From Vicugna vicugna (taxonomy: Eukaryota): 64,000 nucleotides of DNA. Below, in pieces: positions 26,269-38,270 of this stretch (the first letter of the stretch is position 1; every line of letters starts with the position of its first letter). A program made the translations under genes and the position numbers. Location of the stretch: contig MU058037.1 in assembly GCA_013265495.1 (NCBI GenBank), forward strand, positions 250,001 through 314,000, written 5' to 3'. Below the pieces are notes generated by a model that did no database searches, was not told the DNA's origin, and saw only the letters and a list, made by a program, of their open reading frames with translations.

Positions 26269-29200
26269 TTTGCTTAACTTTCTCCCTATGAAATTAGGTG
26301 AAACTGTTACCTATCCTGGTCTTGAAGAGGTGTCCTTGTGTGGATGCATCCCTATACAGTCTGTGTGTGACCAGATGCTTTGGTGGGAAAGCTGGCTATG
26401 AACTGAGCATGAGTCATGTCTTCCTCCAGGGTGTGCTGGCAGTTGTCCCCTTGGTGGGGGGTTGGGCTGGAGATGAAGTGGATAGAGCCAAAACCTATTG
26501 TGAGCGTATGCTTCTTCTATGCTTAGTGACTGAAATTGCCTTATTAGGGACTAGGTTGGGTCCCAAGTTGCTGGAGAAGAAGCCCTGAAGGTTGGGCTTC
26601 CCTCTAAATGTGTATTCTTCCCTCTCCCAGCATCAACACATTTGCCCCAGAGGGGAGCAGCGTGGGAGCAGGAGAGCCTGAAGCAGGAACCCTGTGTGGA
26701 CCAGGGAACAGGTGTGTTGGTCCTGGCACCAGTCAGAGCTCCAAACAGATCCCATTCCTCTGTCTCTGCAAGCATCAGCAATGGCTACCCACTGCCCATT
26801 CAGATGCAGTGCTATATTGGAGCTGGCTCTGTCCTGCACAACTGTACACTCTCCTCAGCAATGTCAGACTTCGCCCCAGTGGAAAGCTGTGCCAGAGCAA
26901 GAGGGGTTGGAGAAGGTATTAAACAAGGCCAGGGGTGCCTGCTGCAGTAGTTGCAGAAAAATTGGCCACAGTCCTAGGCACTTTCAGTCTGCTACTTCCA
27001 CCTTGTTTTGAGAGCAGGCAAGTGTGTGCATGCTCTTCTCACCTACCCCTCTGCTAGCCCCAGTGGTCTTCAAACCAGCCAACAGGACTCATCTTCCCAG
27101 TGCTGGGCCCCAGGACTGAGGTGCTTAATATGTGATTTTAACTGCTCACTCCCCAGGGAGGATCTCCAAGCCGATGATGTCCCCCTCCTCTTTTTCATCC
27201 CCTCTCAAGGGCACAAGTCCTGACCTGATCACTTCTGTTCCTTTACTGCCTGGCTGCATCTTTCCTTACAGTCTTGGTTGTACAAGAGTGTTTTTTGTCA
27301 GTTTCTAGTTTGTGTTCGGTGAGACTTGCTCCACACAGAGATGAATTTTTGGTGTGTTTGCAGGGGGAGATGAGCTCAGTACCCTCCTACTCTACCCTCT
27401 TGAGCTCCTCTCAGAATCCTTCATCTTGATATAATATTTACAAGCATTTTACCTTATAGATTGTGCTTTTTGGATTTTGTTTAAATTCTTGCCCATCCCA
27501 ACATTATCAGGCTGTTTTCCTACATTATTTTTTATTACTTTTTAGTTTACTTTTCAAATTTAGGTCTTTAATCCTCTTAGAGTCTAGCTTTTATAAGGTG
27601 TTACATAGGAATCCAGTTTAATTTTCTTTAGAATTTTTTTCCAACACTGCATACTAGCTGGTTCATCCTTTGTTCTTTGATTTGAACATGGTGCCGTCTT
27701 TATTGTATATTAGGGACTTGAGTCTCTAATGACTCTCTTTTGTTCCACTGCTCTGTTTGTTTGTTCTTGCACCAAAGACATTCTGTGATTTTTATTGTGA
27801 CTTTTCATCTGTCTTAGTACCTGGTAGAGCAGTTCCTTACTCTTTGGTCATCTTTTTCAAAGTTAACTTAGCTGTTTATAGATTTTGAGCCTTTTATGCA
27901 TGTTTATCAAGAGGTTTATCAAGTTCATCAAAATAAATCCAGGTAAAATTTTGGTTAGAGTTGATTTGAACATGGATCAATTTGGGGAAAAGGGACATCT
28001 TTATTATATTAAATCATTCCTTCAAGAACATAATATGCTCTTGATTTACTTAGATTTTCTTTTATATCCTTTCATTGAATTAAAATTTTTTCTATAGCAG
28101 TCCTGTGTATTTTTGTGATGCTGATTCTTAGAAATTTTATAGAATTTAGTGCTTTTGTTAATGACCTTGTTTTCTAAAATTCTCTTGATATCATATTCAT
28201 TCCCCTTGCTGAACTCTCTTATTAGTTCTGAGTTTGTCCAGGAATTATTTAATTTTTTAATGAAGTGGGTCATATTACCAGCAAATAATGGCAGTTTTAA
28301 CTATTCCCTTAATGAGAAGTTGGGCAAAATTAATTTTGCATTTTTAAACTCCATGTATTTGAAATATAGTTCAAGAAGAATGTTCAGTGCTACAGGGCTT
28401 AATGATACTCAGTCAAGAGGTTTCCTGAATCAAAACTATTACATGAAGAAGGAAATATTTCCCATCTATTTTGAAGAAACACATGGTAAAGTTCACTATT
28501 CTGGAGTTTTCTTCAATTATGGACCATGAAAATTTAAAACATACATCGGGACTTCCACAACTGTATTTAATATCAGCAGATGATAATTGAACACTACTAT
28601 GTGTTAGAGGCCACAAAAAAGAAAAAACAAGACAAAATTCCCTCTCTAAAGTTGTTTTCCAGAGTAGGGGGGAGGAGTTGGAGAAATAAACAATTAAAAA
28701 CTTACCTGATGTTGTGGAAAACACTATAGGATGTTACCTAAGCACAGAAAAGTGCCAAACTTTCTGGCTATTTGAGGAGGATTTTGAGGGTATATTAATA
28801 AAATGCTCAGGTTTTAGTAATCCTCATTTTTTATCACATTTTCCTTTAGTTTGACCATGAAGGTGATAGGGAATCAGGTAATAAATCTTCTTAATTACTT
28901 TTTTGTTAATTTTCTAGATGACATTTATTAAAATTCTAAACAGCCCTTTTATGACTACAAACACTATTGATTAATAACCTCTCATTAGAGATGGAGAAAA
29001 CTTGGCTAAAGTTCGTCTGAAGTTTTGAAGATTCTGCCAGATAGTTCAGATAGTTAGTTTGCTGATTCTTAACTTTCAGACTGGAGTGGATGCAGAAGTT
29101 AGAAACCAGAAATAGCCAACCAAATGATTGTGTTTGAGTTAGGTGTGCGTGAAAGAGTCCCTTAGTTTGTGTTTTCTCTGCGTTATTATACCAAATACAC

Positions 29201-30304
29201 TATGATGGGAAGATGTTACTCTCAAGAATATGCACACAGAGAAAATGAACTAGATTGGTGGGATCTATCAGTTACATCTAACAATAGAGGTGGAAATCCT
29301 ATACAAATAGGCAGTAAGTAGTTTTGCAAAGGGCATTCTCTGTATGCAAACTATAGAAAAAATTAATAGTTCTGAAGAATAGTTGTTTCTAGAGTGCACA
29401 CCAATGGGTACACTAGATGATCCATTGAGTCTCTCCAACCCTATAAATTTTTAAAGTAAAAAAAGAAAATTTCACGGGTATTAAACATAGGGATTGACCT
29501 TGAAAGTCCTCACCTGTTCTGATTGCTGAATGGTCACATGTTACATCACTTACATGTTAGTTTCCTTTGGGGATGGATGGGCATTCCACTGCCTGGAGAA
29601 CTTGGCTGTGACCTCTTCACTTCTTCCTTCCCACAGAGTACTATTAGGTGTTATGCTTATGTGCCTTAAATTTTAGTAATGATAAAATCCCTGTATGTCA
29701 CATATAAAAAATTCTCATCAACATACTTCATATCAACCTGGAAACATCTTTACAAATCTTTCAGATGCTTTCAATGAATTTTTATTCATTTATTCAGTCA
29801 GTCAGCAAATGTTTATTTACCTTCCAATTAGTTGGCAGTAACAACTCATTTACACTGAGGAAGATATAAATATATAAGCCAAAAATTTAATGAAATTCTT
29901 TGCATAATTGAAGGATGAGATTTAAAAATAGTAATCATGCTTTAATAAGTCAGTAATACAATTCTTCCATTTGAAGCTATATATCTTTTTGAGATGAATT
30001 TTCCACTTTGACAGCCATTAAAACCAAATATCTGAAACAACTGACTCAAAACTGGATCACAAAATGTTAAACCAAGATTTTTAAAAGTATTGCTCTCACT
30101 AAAATATAATGGTAGTTATAATTTTAGTGAAAAAATAAAGTATCAAAAATACAATATAAAACTTATCTTAAAATATTTACCACATTTATCACAATTATGA
30201 TATTGCACAAATTTTCAAATGTTTATATGCTATTATACACATATAATTTAGAAAGAAATACATACATATGTATTTGGAGTGCATGCTATTTTTTTTTTGA
30301 TTTT

Positions 30305-30645
30305 ATAAGACTAAGCTCCATGAAGAAAGGGATTTTTTTCTGTTTTGTTCATTGACATATCTCAAGAGTCAAGACTTGGCAGATTACTCCCACAGGTCAA
30401 ATCCAGCCTGCCTACTGTTTCTGTTAATATTTTATTGGAGCACAGCCACACTTACTCATTTTTGTATTGTCTGGCTGCTTTCACATTAGAATGGGGGAGT
30501 TGAGTAGGTGTGAAAGGGACTGTATGACCTGAAAAGTTGCTCATTTACCATATGGCCCATGATAGAGAAAAATTGCTCATTCCTAGTGTAGAAGAGTGCC
30601 TAGCATATAGTAGGTGCTCAATAAACACCTTTTCAATGAGTAAAT
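30305..30645 (+). mobile_element. L2a 3' tail split by MER58A
   Basis: TAAGCTCCATGAAGAAAGGGA...GTTCATTGACATATCTC [insert] TAGAAGAGTGCCTAGCATATAGTAGGTGCTCAATAAA. Confidence 0.8.
30370..30585 (+). mobile_element. MER58A hAT-Charlie MITE
   Basis: GGTCAAATCCAGCCTGCC...TTTTATTGGAGCACAGCCAC...GAGTTGAGTAG, colinear with remembered MER58A consensus. Confidence 0.85.
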
Positions 30646-31674
30646 ATATTTTATGCATGATCACAAAAGATTGGAGACTATAGTTTAAGAACTTAGATTC
30701 GGTGGCTTCTACAATTTAGGGCCAGCTTGTGAGATTTTTATGCCTATTGGTTGTATTTGAATTTAACGTAAAAGTGAAGAGGCAAGGTCTAAATCTAATG
30801 CTTCTGCCCATTTGATGGTCACCTTAGAAGAACAGTTCTGAATTTCCTATATTTTGAAGGAGGTAGCAAAGAGCTTGGGTTCTACTTCCCTGAGGTATAA
30901 CTTTTCTTTGAAGAAGTAGGGAATGGTGGGAAAGTGACTTATTCAAACTTCTCTAGAGGCAAATGTGATGGTCAACTATTTAAAAATTGTGAAGATTGGG
31001 CACTGACTGATTTAAATAGAAATCTATATGAATGATCCTGTATCATTACCACCTTTACTAGTTTATACCAAAACGTTTACCACTCTTATAGGAGTGTTGT
31101 GCAGCATGTTACAAGTGCTAGGGTCTTGGTGAGCTCCAGTGAGCATTGTAGAAGCTTGAATTTGAGAGAGCAAGAGCTTATGGGGCAAGGGGAAAGAGCT
31201 TTCATTCAGTCCTGTCTTTCACTCAGTGGAAACATCCAGACAACATGTATAGAAAATGGCTTTACAGGCCTGACTTGAGTTTCTGTCGTGATGAAGAACT
31301 CATTAATTCACAAGAAAGCCCACTCTACCATTGGCAGCTCTGGTTGGTAAGATTTTTCTCCCTTGGATTGAGCCAAAGTTGTAATTATAATTTCATTTTC
31401 TTTGTTTAAAATTCCAAACTAGTGGCATATGATAGATGGTTATTTTTCTTTTTTTTTTATCTTGAGGTAGTTGTAGCTTTATCTGTTCTGATTTTTTTTT
31501 GAGAAGGACTTTTAAAAAGAAATAGCATTGTTACTATCATTATATTCCAAATTACAGTATAAAAATACCAATTTAAATATACCAAATTGTAGGATGTTCA
31601 TGTCAGTAGTCAGAAATTGGAGCCAATGTGATAAAAGCAAAATGTGTAATCCCACCTCTTCCATTTTTCAAAAG

Positions 31675-31763
31675 AATTAAAGTTTTCTTATGTACTTTAG
31701 GTATCTGCTCTTGATATTTTGCAGAATGCATGATATTTTAGCTGCACGATTGGGATATATAAT
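31675..31763 (+). other. Candidate exon (89 nt; alternative acceptors give starts at 31683, 31701, 31725), probably non-coding 5'UTR
   Basis: Acceptor CCCACCTCTTCCATTTTTCAAAAG|; donor AAT|GTGAGT at 31763/31764; unique sequence with uATGs. Confidence 0.45.
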
Positions 31764-33072
31764 GTGAGTGGAAATTAGATTCAAAGACTTATTTTTGTCC
31801 CAGTTTTTAATGTCTCAAAAACGAAGATGAAAATCATTAACATACTTAACCTCTGTTAAACTTGAACAGAGAGGCCCAGGTATTGGACGGTGCATATTAG
31901 TGTAATTTGACCATAAACCTACTGGCCAAAGAGCGGAGAGGCTTGAGACCTACTCCAGGAGAGCAGTTCAATCATTTACCCTCTTTGTAAGTTAGCTTTG
32001 AAAAACACCACGTCTGGTCTATTTTTACTTTCTCACATATATTACCTTTATTTTTTGATTTATTGTTTAACTTTTATTTTCTAAACATTGTTCAACAAGC
32101 ATAATATATTTGCACAATAAAAAAGAATGCTCTTTTCATTTAAGACAACAGGGACTTAGAGAACCTTGACAACCTTAGCAACCCTGAGACAAAATGGACA
32201 AAATACCCAAGGAAGTACAGATACAAAAGGATGCGTCAATGTTACAAAATAAAAATAGCCCCTTCTATTACCCAGATCTTATTCATAAGAGCATAGCAAT
32301 GAATAAATAGATGGGAAAATATTGAATTGTTGTTTCAAAGCTATCTGTTAAGACGAAAAAGGTTTATGGGTGAAGTGAGGATGGAGGGAACCTATTTAAA
32401 CTAGAAACTTTTTTTTTTATTCATTAAAAGTGCAGAGAAAACATGTTTTCATACACTTGAGTGATTGTCAGCTATAGTCAGTACCTTTGAGTTTTTCATA
32501 TTTCATTTTGTATGCTCATGTTTCTCATTTTAAAATATTAAATCAAATTTATTTAGATGCAGAAATGACCAATGAACTTCTGAAGTTGTCAAACCCTCGT
32601 TGCCAACTAGGTCTACTAACCTTGAACCTAACCAGACAGGTGTCACCATCCTATTTAAAGATTATTTTAGGGTATGCTGGCTACTATTTTATTTTTTTTC
32701 TAACAGCTCTCCACATCATTGGAAGTGCTTATTCAGCCAGCCTTTCTTTATAGTTTTTAAGATAAATTTTTAAAAATGTATCTTTCTGCATGCTTTTATA
32801 GAGTACGCATGTCCCAGTAGCACCTTTGGGTTGGGGGGAGGGGAAGAAGTGAGCTGAGATTGAAGTTCGGCGGGAACTCCACATAATAACTGGCATGGAA
32901 GAACTGATTTCTAGAGTGCTGGAGTACCAGTCACTAGATCCAAGGGATTGCAGTGAATGCTTGTTTGACCAGAACTAGCATTGATATTTGAGAGGTAGGG
33001 TTAAAGGAAATGGAGCAGAACATTAATTCAGGAAACTCTTGCTTTTAAGAGGGCATCTAAGTTGCTTATTGG

Positions 33073-33105
33073 TTTTTTTGTTTGTTTGTTTGTTTGTTTG
33101 TTTTT
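33073..33105. repeat. (TTTG)n microsatellite
   Basis: Directly visible. Confidence 0.9.
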
Positions 33106-33469
33106 GCAAAAGTGTGAGTCACAGGATACTAAATCCAAGGGAGAGGAAAAAAAAGGTGACTTTAGGTAGACTCTAGATAGGATATGAAATAGTACTGAAT
33201 TACACGGTGAGAGACAGTCTCTACCATTTTCTTTCAATCCATCTAATTACCTCAAGGAGACAGTCTCTGTTTGATGCTAGGGAGTCTTTACAGCTTGTCA
33301 TGTACTTGCTAGCTTCCATGTTTAGAAACAGAAAGCAGGCTTCAAGTTAGGAGCCTTCAACAGGCCAAAGAATCTAGCTAGCATTTAATCTCATTGTTTC
33401 TTTCACTGTAACTGTTTTTAAGGTTAGTTTCTGTGTATCACAAATGCTGCTGGATTTCCATTTGTTTCT

Positions 33470-33830
33470 TTAATTTTTATTTTTATTTAAATATAACATG
33501 CATACATATAAATGATAAATATGCATGTTTCTCAAAGGGAGCACACTTTTTTAACCAGCAACCAGATCTATAAATGGAATATTACCTGGATTCCAGACAT
33601 CCTCTTCTCCAGCACTACTTCCCTCCATCCAAAGTTACCACCATCCTAAGTTCTAACAGTATGTTTCATTTTGCCTATTTTTGAAATTTGTATAAGATAG
33701 AATCATACAGTATGTGCTATTTTGTCTGGCTTATTTTGTTCAATGTGATGTTTATAAAATTCATTCACACTGTTGCATGTCTGGCCTGTGGCTGCTCCAT
33801 GTATTCACTTTATGGCTTTATTCATTCAAT
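33470..33830 (-). mobile_element. Ancient L1 3' end (L1ME-like)
   Basis: ACCACCATCCTAAGTTCTAAC...GAATCATACAGTATGTGCTATTTTGTCTGGCTT...TTCATTCACACTGTTGCATGT. Confidence 0.75.
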
Positions 33831-35364
33831 TCTGAAGTGCCCCTGTCCCTCCTCCAGCTCCATGCAGGGAAAAACCAGATTGAACCAATCAACTGACAGC
33901 CAGAAGTCAAGGTGTTAATAATATTGCAGGGAACTTTTACACAGGGAGTTGAGAGTCCGGGGAAGGAGATTAAAGAGGAGGGACTCCAGGCTATCTCCTT
34001 TATGATGGGCTCTCAATGGCCTGATGGCCGAGTCAGTTGGAAAGGTGAAAACTGTGTTGTGCTAGCATTTCTAGTTGTGCGCATGACTGTATAGGACAAT
34101 TTTATTTCTGGTAGACTATGACTCATTCCTATCCTTTGTTCCAAATACTATGGATATGAGTAAAGGAAATACATATATTTCACATTCATTAATGAAGGAG
34201 GAAATAGAGAAGGGAAATGTGAGTAGGGAGGAAAGGAGAATGGAGAGAGGTGGAAAGGGAGTCTTCTTGTCATGAATTCCCTCTTGGGGCCTCAGCCAAG
34301 AGCTGCTTCTAGCACTCTGACATTACACTGATCTCTCTGGGTTTCCAGAGATACCGCTTAGTGCTCCCTTGTGAGTTCTATGCTATATCCATGCCTTCAT
34401 CTTCTTTAATTTTCCTGGAGGTAGGTTCCCAGCAGAGTAAGCACATTGTTAGTCTTGAAGGAAGATGGTGTTACTTTCTTGCAGAGCAATTCCTTTGGTA
34501 CGATCATTTTTTCCTCCTTGTGATTCTATCTGCCTCATTGCTCTTCTCTTTCCACCTTCTTCTTAGACCAACAAAAACCCAACCACATTTCTAAATGAAT
34601 CCCACCTCAGATTATTCTGAGCTGCATTATAATTAAATAAAAAGAAGTAAAACAGATCTCTTCAACTGGTTCCTTTTTTTATGCTCCAACCTTTTCCCCA
34701 TTATTCAACAGGAAAACGTGTCTGATACCTGTTATTTACATTGTGACAGAAATGAATTATCCTAAAAAGTCAACTCTTGGAGTCTCATGTTCATTTTGAA
34801 CTCTTAGTTCTCATTATGTTTATATTTTAGCCTGTCACCTGTTAAGGAGATTCCAAATCTTAGAGTATGAAGGGACATTTGGAGGGGTGAAAGGACTTTC
34901 ACTTACCTATTCAACATTCAAAATATATGGAGAACCTAGTATGTTGTAGTGCCTCTGCTGGATGATGGAGAATACATTATTTCTGAGATGTATATTACAA
35001 TTAAGACTAACTTTGAGAGTAAACCTGGAAGGAGAGGAAGATAGGTCAAGAGTTTTAATATTTTGTTCTCTCTGTTGCCTATTGCTTCTTGCTTCAACCA
35101 GATACAAGCTTGGGGAAGTCTCTTCCTCAGGAGTAGTGGCTGGTTGCCAATCAATGCCCTAGGGACTTGCAGATACAGAAATTACAGGCTTTTCACAGCA
35201 GGAATTTCCTTTTTGTTGGAACTGGTGTAGTGGGGAGATTCTGACACTGAGTAGGAGATTCAGTTATAAGACCCAAAGATCCCTCCAAGTTTAGGATGTA
35301 GTGATAAGTGATTACCGGTTGTCCAAGGGGACAGGCAGCTTAACTTACATGCTGTAGTAGGGTT

Positions 35365-35570
35365 GTAAGCACTTCACCACTTATATATACACTCTTACCA
35401 ACACTAGATTCTCATAGGAAACCCAGGAAAAGAATATAAAATAATTGCCCATTTTTACAATTGAGGAGACGTAGGCCTACCATGTGCTCCTTAACTGTAG
35501 GTCAAGAGCACAACCACTATTAATAAGCCTGTAACTCCCAGATACTGTTTCCTATTACTCTGCTGCCATG
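35365..35570 (-). mobile_element. MIR fragment
   Basis: GCCCATTTTTACAATTGAGGAGAC, core reverse complement. Confidence 0.55.
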
Positions 35571-37164
35571 GCCCAGATAAGAAATTTAAATGTACTAAGT
35601 CTCATAACAGTCCTATATGTTAAAATTCTAGAGAAAGCCAGGAAAAAATAGTAATACTTAAAAAGCTTCTGTGTCTTTTGAATATAAAATAAGCCCTCTT
35701 TTGTGGGTGAATTCCTTTTACTTCAAAGGTCTTAGGAACAGTTGTGGAATCACATGGATCTGAAAGAGATTTTAGTACTTTTGATTCCGTCTTGCAAAAC
35801 ACTCTGAACAATATCCAAGATTCAACAGAGAGCAAGTTCCTAAGTTGACAAAGGATTCATTTTGTATACCTCATACCTTCTAAGAGATTCAGAGTTCAAT
35901 AAATGATTCTTGAAACTTACTGTATATGTAGAAGAACATTTTTTTACCTCTGCTATTAAATAGTAAGTGGACCAGGCTTCACTTGGTGACTACTCTTCTC
36001 TCAAACTCTACCTCTAACTAGATTTGGTTGAAATCCATTAACATTTTAAGAAGATGTATTTTACTGATCATGTTTTGTTTCAAAATGGAAGAGTGAGCCA
36101 GAAACCAACTTTGAGGTATATTTTATTAAGCGCACATATCATGTTTAAGAAAAATGTCAGCTGAGTCTTAAATTAATCATGAATGTAGACAAATGCCAAA
36201 GGTTGAGAGTTGAAGTTAAAATGGAGATCTTATTTCAGTAAATAAATTTTATCAAAAGAAATCCAGTTAGGTTAGGCATATGCACTAAAATAGCTGCAGC
36301 AGCATATTTTACAAGAAAGTCACAATGACAGATTGAAGAGTTTGATAGAGTTGGCTTTTTGTACCTTTGAAACTCATGTTCTTATAGTTAACCTCTTGTA
36401 AGTAACAATAGTACTGTGTTCATAATGCTACAGAGAACTTGAGGAAAGTACAGATTTTTTCTTTTCATGTGATAATTCCTCTAGCAGATCTTTATTTGAA
36501 TGTGCTGCCATGGATTTAATGTATGGGAAATTTTTATAGGCATGACGATTTTGAAATTGTTTTTTAATTTTATTTCAGTTAAGACGGTTAAGATTATATT
36601 TTGGATCAGATTCTGAATTTTATTGTTACAGATTAATTTTTAACAATCTCCTTTTCTGAAGAAGTATATATTGAGAGAAATATATTGAGAGAAAATTTCT
36701 TAAGAAAAGACAGTATGTTTCCATATCTATACCCTTTTGTTAGTAATATTTATTCCAAACTCTACACTGGACAGAAATCTAGGTGAATCATTATTCACTT
36801 TATATTTTTTTATCTGTAATTTGTTGAAAATGTGCCTAGTTTTTACTGCTCAGCTGAGAATACTCTGATGAAAAGCAAAACATTAAAGCCTATAATTAGC
36901 TATTTACGTTTTTCTCCTCCTTTGCGGTAATCTCCTTTAAGTTTTCTCCTGGTTTGAAACTGGCAAAAGTACCCAGAATAATGGGTAAAACTTGGAATGT
37001 GGAGATAAGAACAGTGAAAATAATTGAGGCAGAATCACTCAGGACTGTTTTGTATTCATATTTAGTATCTGTTACATAACAAGAATTGTAAGGAACATGA
37101 TGCCTTCTTTTGGAGACATTGGAACCTCTAGATTTAAGAAGTCAAATAATGACTTGACTGAATG

Positions 37165-37264
37165 AGTAGGTAGTAGAGTGTAGTGGACAGGACATGGGCT
37201 TTGAATAGGCAGTTTGAATTCACATTTACTTACTGCCATTTACTCGTTGAATAACTTTGGACAG
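37165..37264 (+). mobile_element. MIR 5' half
   Basis: GTGTAGTGGACAGGACATGGGCTTTGAA...CTGCCATTTACT. Confidence 0.65.
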
Positions 37265-38270
37265 TGTCTTAGGTGTTCCCCCCAAAGCAGACCCTGAGAC
37301 AAGTGTTTGAGTATGTTTTAGTTATCTATTGCTGACTAACAAGCCATTCTAAAACTCAGTGTCTTACAACAATGACGGCATTTATTTTGCTCACAAGTCC
37401 GTAATTCAGGCATGGTTCAATGGGATCATCTACTCTTTGCTTTACTTGGCTTCTAGCCTAGGGCTAGAATCATTTGCAGACTCACTCATATGTCTGGTAT
37501 TGAAGCTGGCTGGGAACTTAGCTGGCACTGTTGGCTGGAGTGCCTACATACTGTCTTCTGAGATCGTTTCTTGGCTTCCTCAGCATGGTGGGTGGGCTCC
37601 ACGAGTGAGCCTTTCAAAAAGGCCCGGTATAAACTGTACTGCCTATCATGGCCTAGCCTCAGCAGTCACACTGTCTGTCTTCTGCCCAAATACTGGCCCA
37701 TCCAGATTCAAAGCAAAGGAACATATACTTCACCTCTTGATGGAAGAGTGTCAGTGTCATGTTGTAAGAAAAGTATGTGGGATGGGATATATTGATGCAG
37801 CCATCTTTGAAAAATATGTTGTGCTACAAGTACATGTAGTTTATTTGGGAGATGGTCCCAGGAGGTCCCGCAGGGTGTGGGGAAGTGAGAAAAGTCACTA
37901 AAGGGTATATTAGCAGGTTACCACTGTGAGTTACAGGGGCTTGGTCTCACATGGAAGCTTTTAAAGTCTGTGTGGAACACAGATGGAAATTGCCTCACGG
38001 AAGAAGAGGAAGGTGGGATATTTATCCACCAACTCCTGTCCGTCACTGGTTAAGGGTTGCTCTTGGGATGTTAACTTCTCAGTTCTGCAAGTCTGCCTTT
38101 CAGAGTGTTGAATATACTCCTGTAGCCAGAATTCCTTGGATTGAGTGACACAGCTGCTTGCTGTAGGAAGCTGTTTGCACGTACCGGAAGTACCCACAAA
38201 GCTGTGGCTGACTTCTGAGGTGGGCCTAAGGGTGATGGATGAAACATCCACGACTTCAGCTACTGAAGCA
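37265..38270. mobile_element. ERVL solo LTR (LTR33/LTR16-like), split by MLT1H
   Basis: TGTCTTAGG...AAGCAGACCCTGAGACAAG [insert] GTAGTTTATTTGGGAGATGGTCCCAGG. Confidence 0.75.
37314..37828 (-). mobile_element. MaLR solo LTR, MLT1H-like
   Basis: TG...CA termini; AGTA duplicated at 37310-37313 and 37829-37832; ATGTGGGATGGGATATATTGATGCAGCCATCTTTGAAAAAT mirrors the start of the copy at 20017. Confidence 0.85.

Larger units (their letters stand above)
20815..27411 (-). mobile_element. Full-length (~6.6 kb) inactive L1: 5'UTR, ORF1, spacer, ORF2, 3'UTR
   Basis: ORF1 peptides (NPKRPTPRHITIK...PIRLSADFS), endonuclease and RT peptides in track. TSD CAGATCCTTCATTTTG (20799-20814) / CAGAATCCTTCATCTTG (27412-27428). 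Confidence 0.95.
19600..28295 (-). mobile_element. Ancient L1 (L1ME-like), split by MLT1H and a younger full-length L1 (pieces ~19600-20016, 20546-20798, 27429-28295)
   Basis: Degenerate L1 3'UTR/ORF2 motifs (TATATAGCCAGGAGTGAGAATT; TTTAGGTCTTTAATCC; CAAGAACATAATATGCTC) are colinear across the insertions. Confidence 0.7.
29380..30682 (+). mobile_element. hAT-Charlie element (Charlie4-like) with transposase C-terminal remnant
   Basis: Frameshifted LPFEAIYLFEMNF/LTAIKTKYLKQL at 29964-30043 resembles the hAT dimerisation motif. Ends resemble CAGTGGTCTCC...GATCCATTG and GATCAAAAAAGTTTGGAGACCACTG. Confidence 0.75.

Noticed and set aside
26298..27223. Cluster of overlapping ORFs
   Set aside because: GC-richer L1 5'UTR with fewer stop codons; no recognisable product.
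28149..28529. 126-aa ORF
   Set aside because: Begins in antisense ancient L1; remainder unrecognised; splice signals weak.
37359..37901. 180-aa ORF as a gene
   Set aside because: GTG start, lies across MLT1H and LTR33-like sequence, no recognisable domain.
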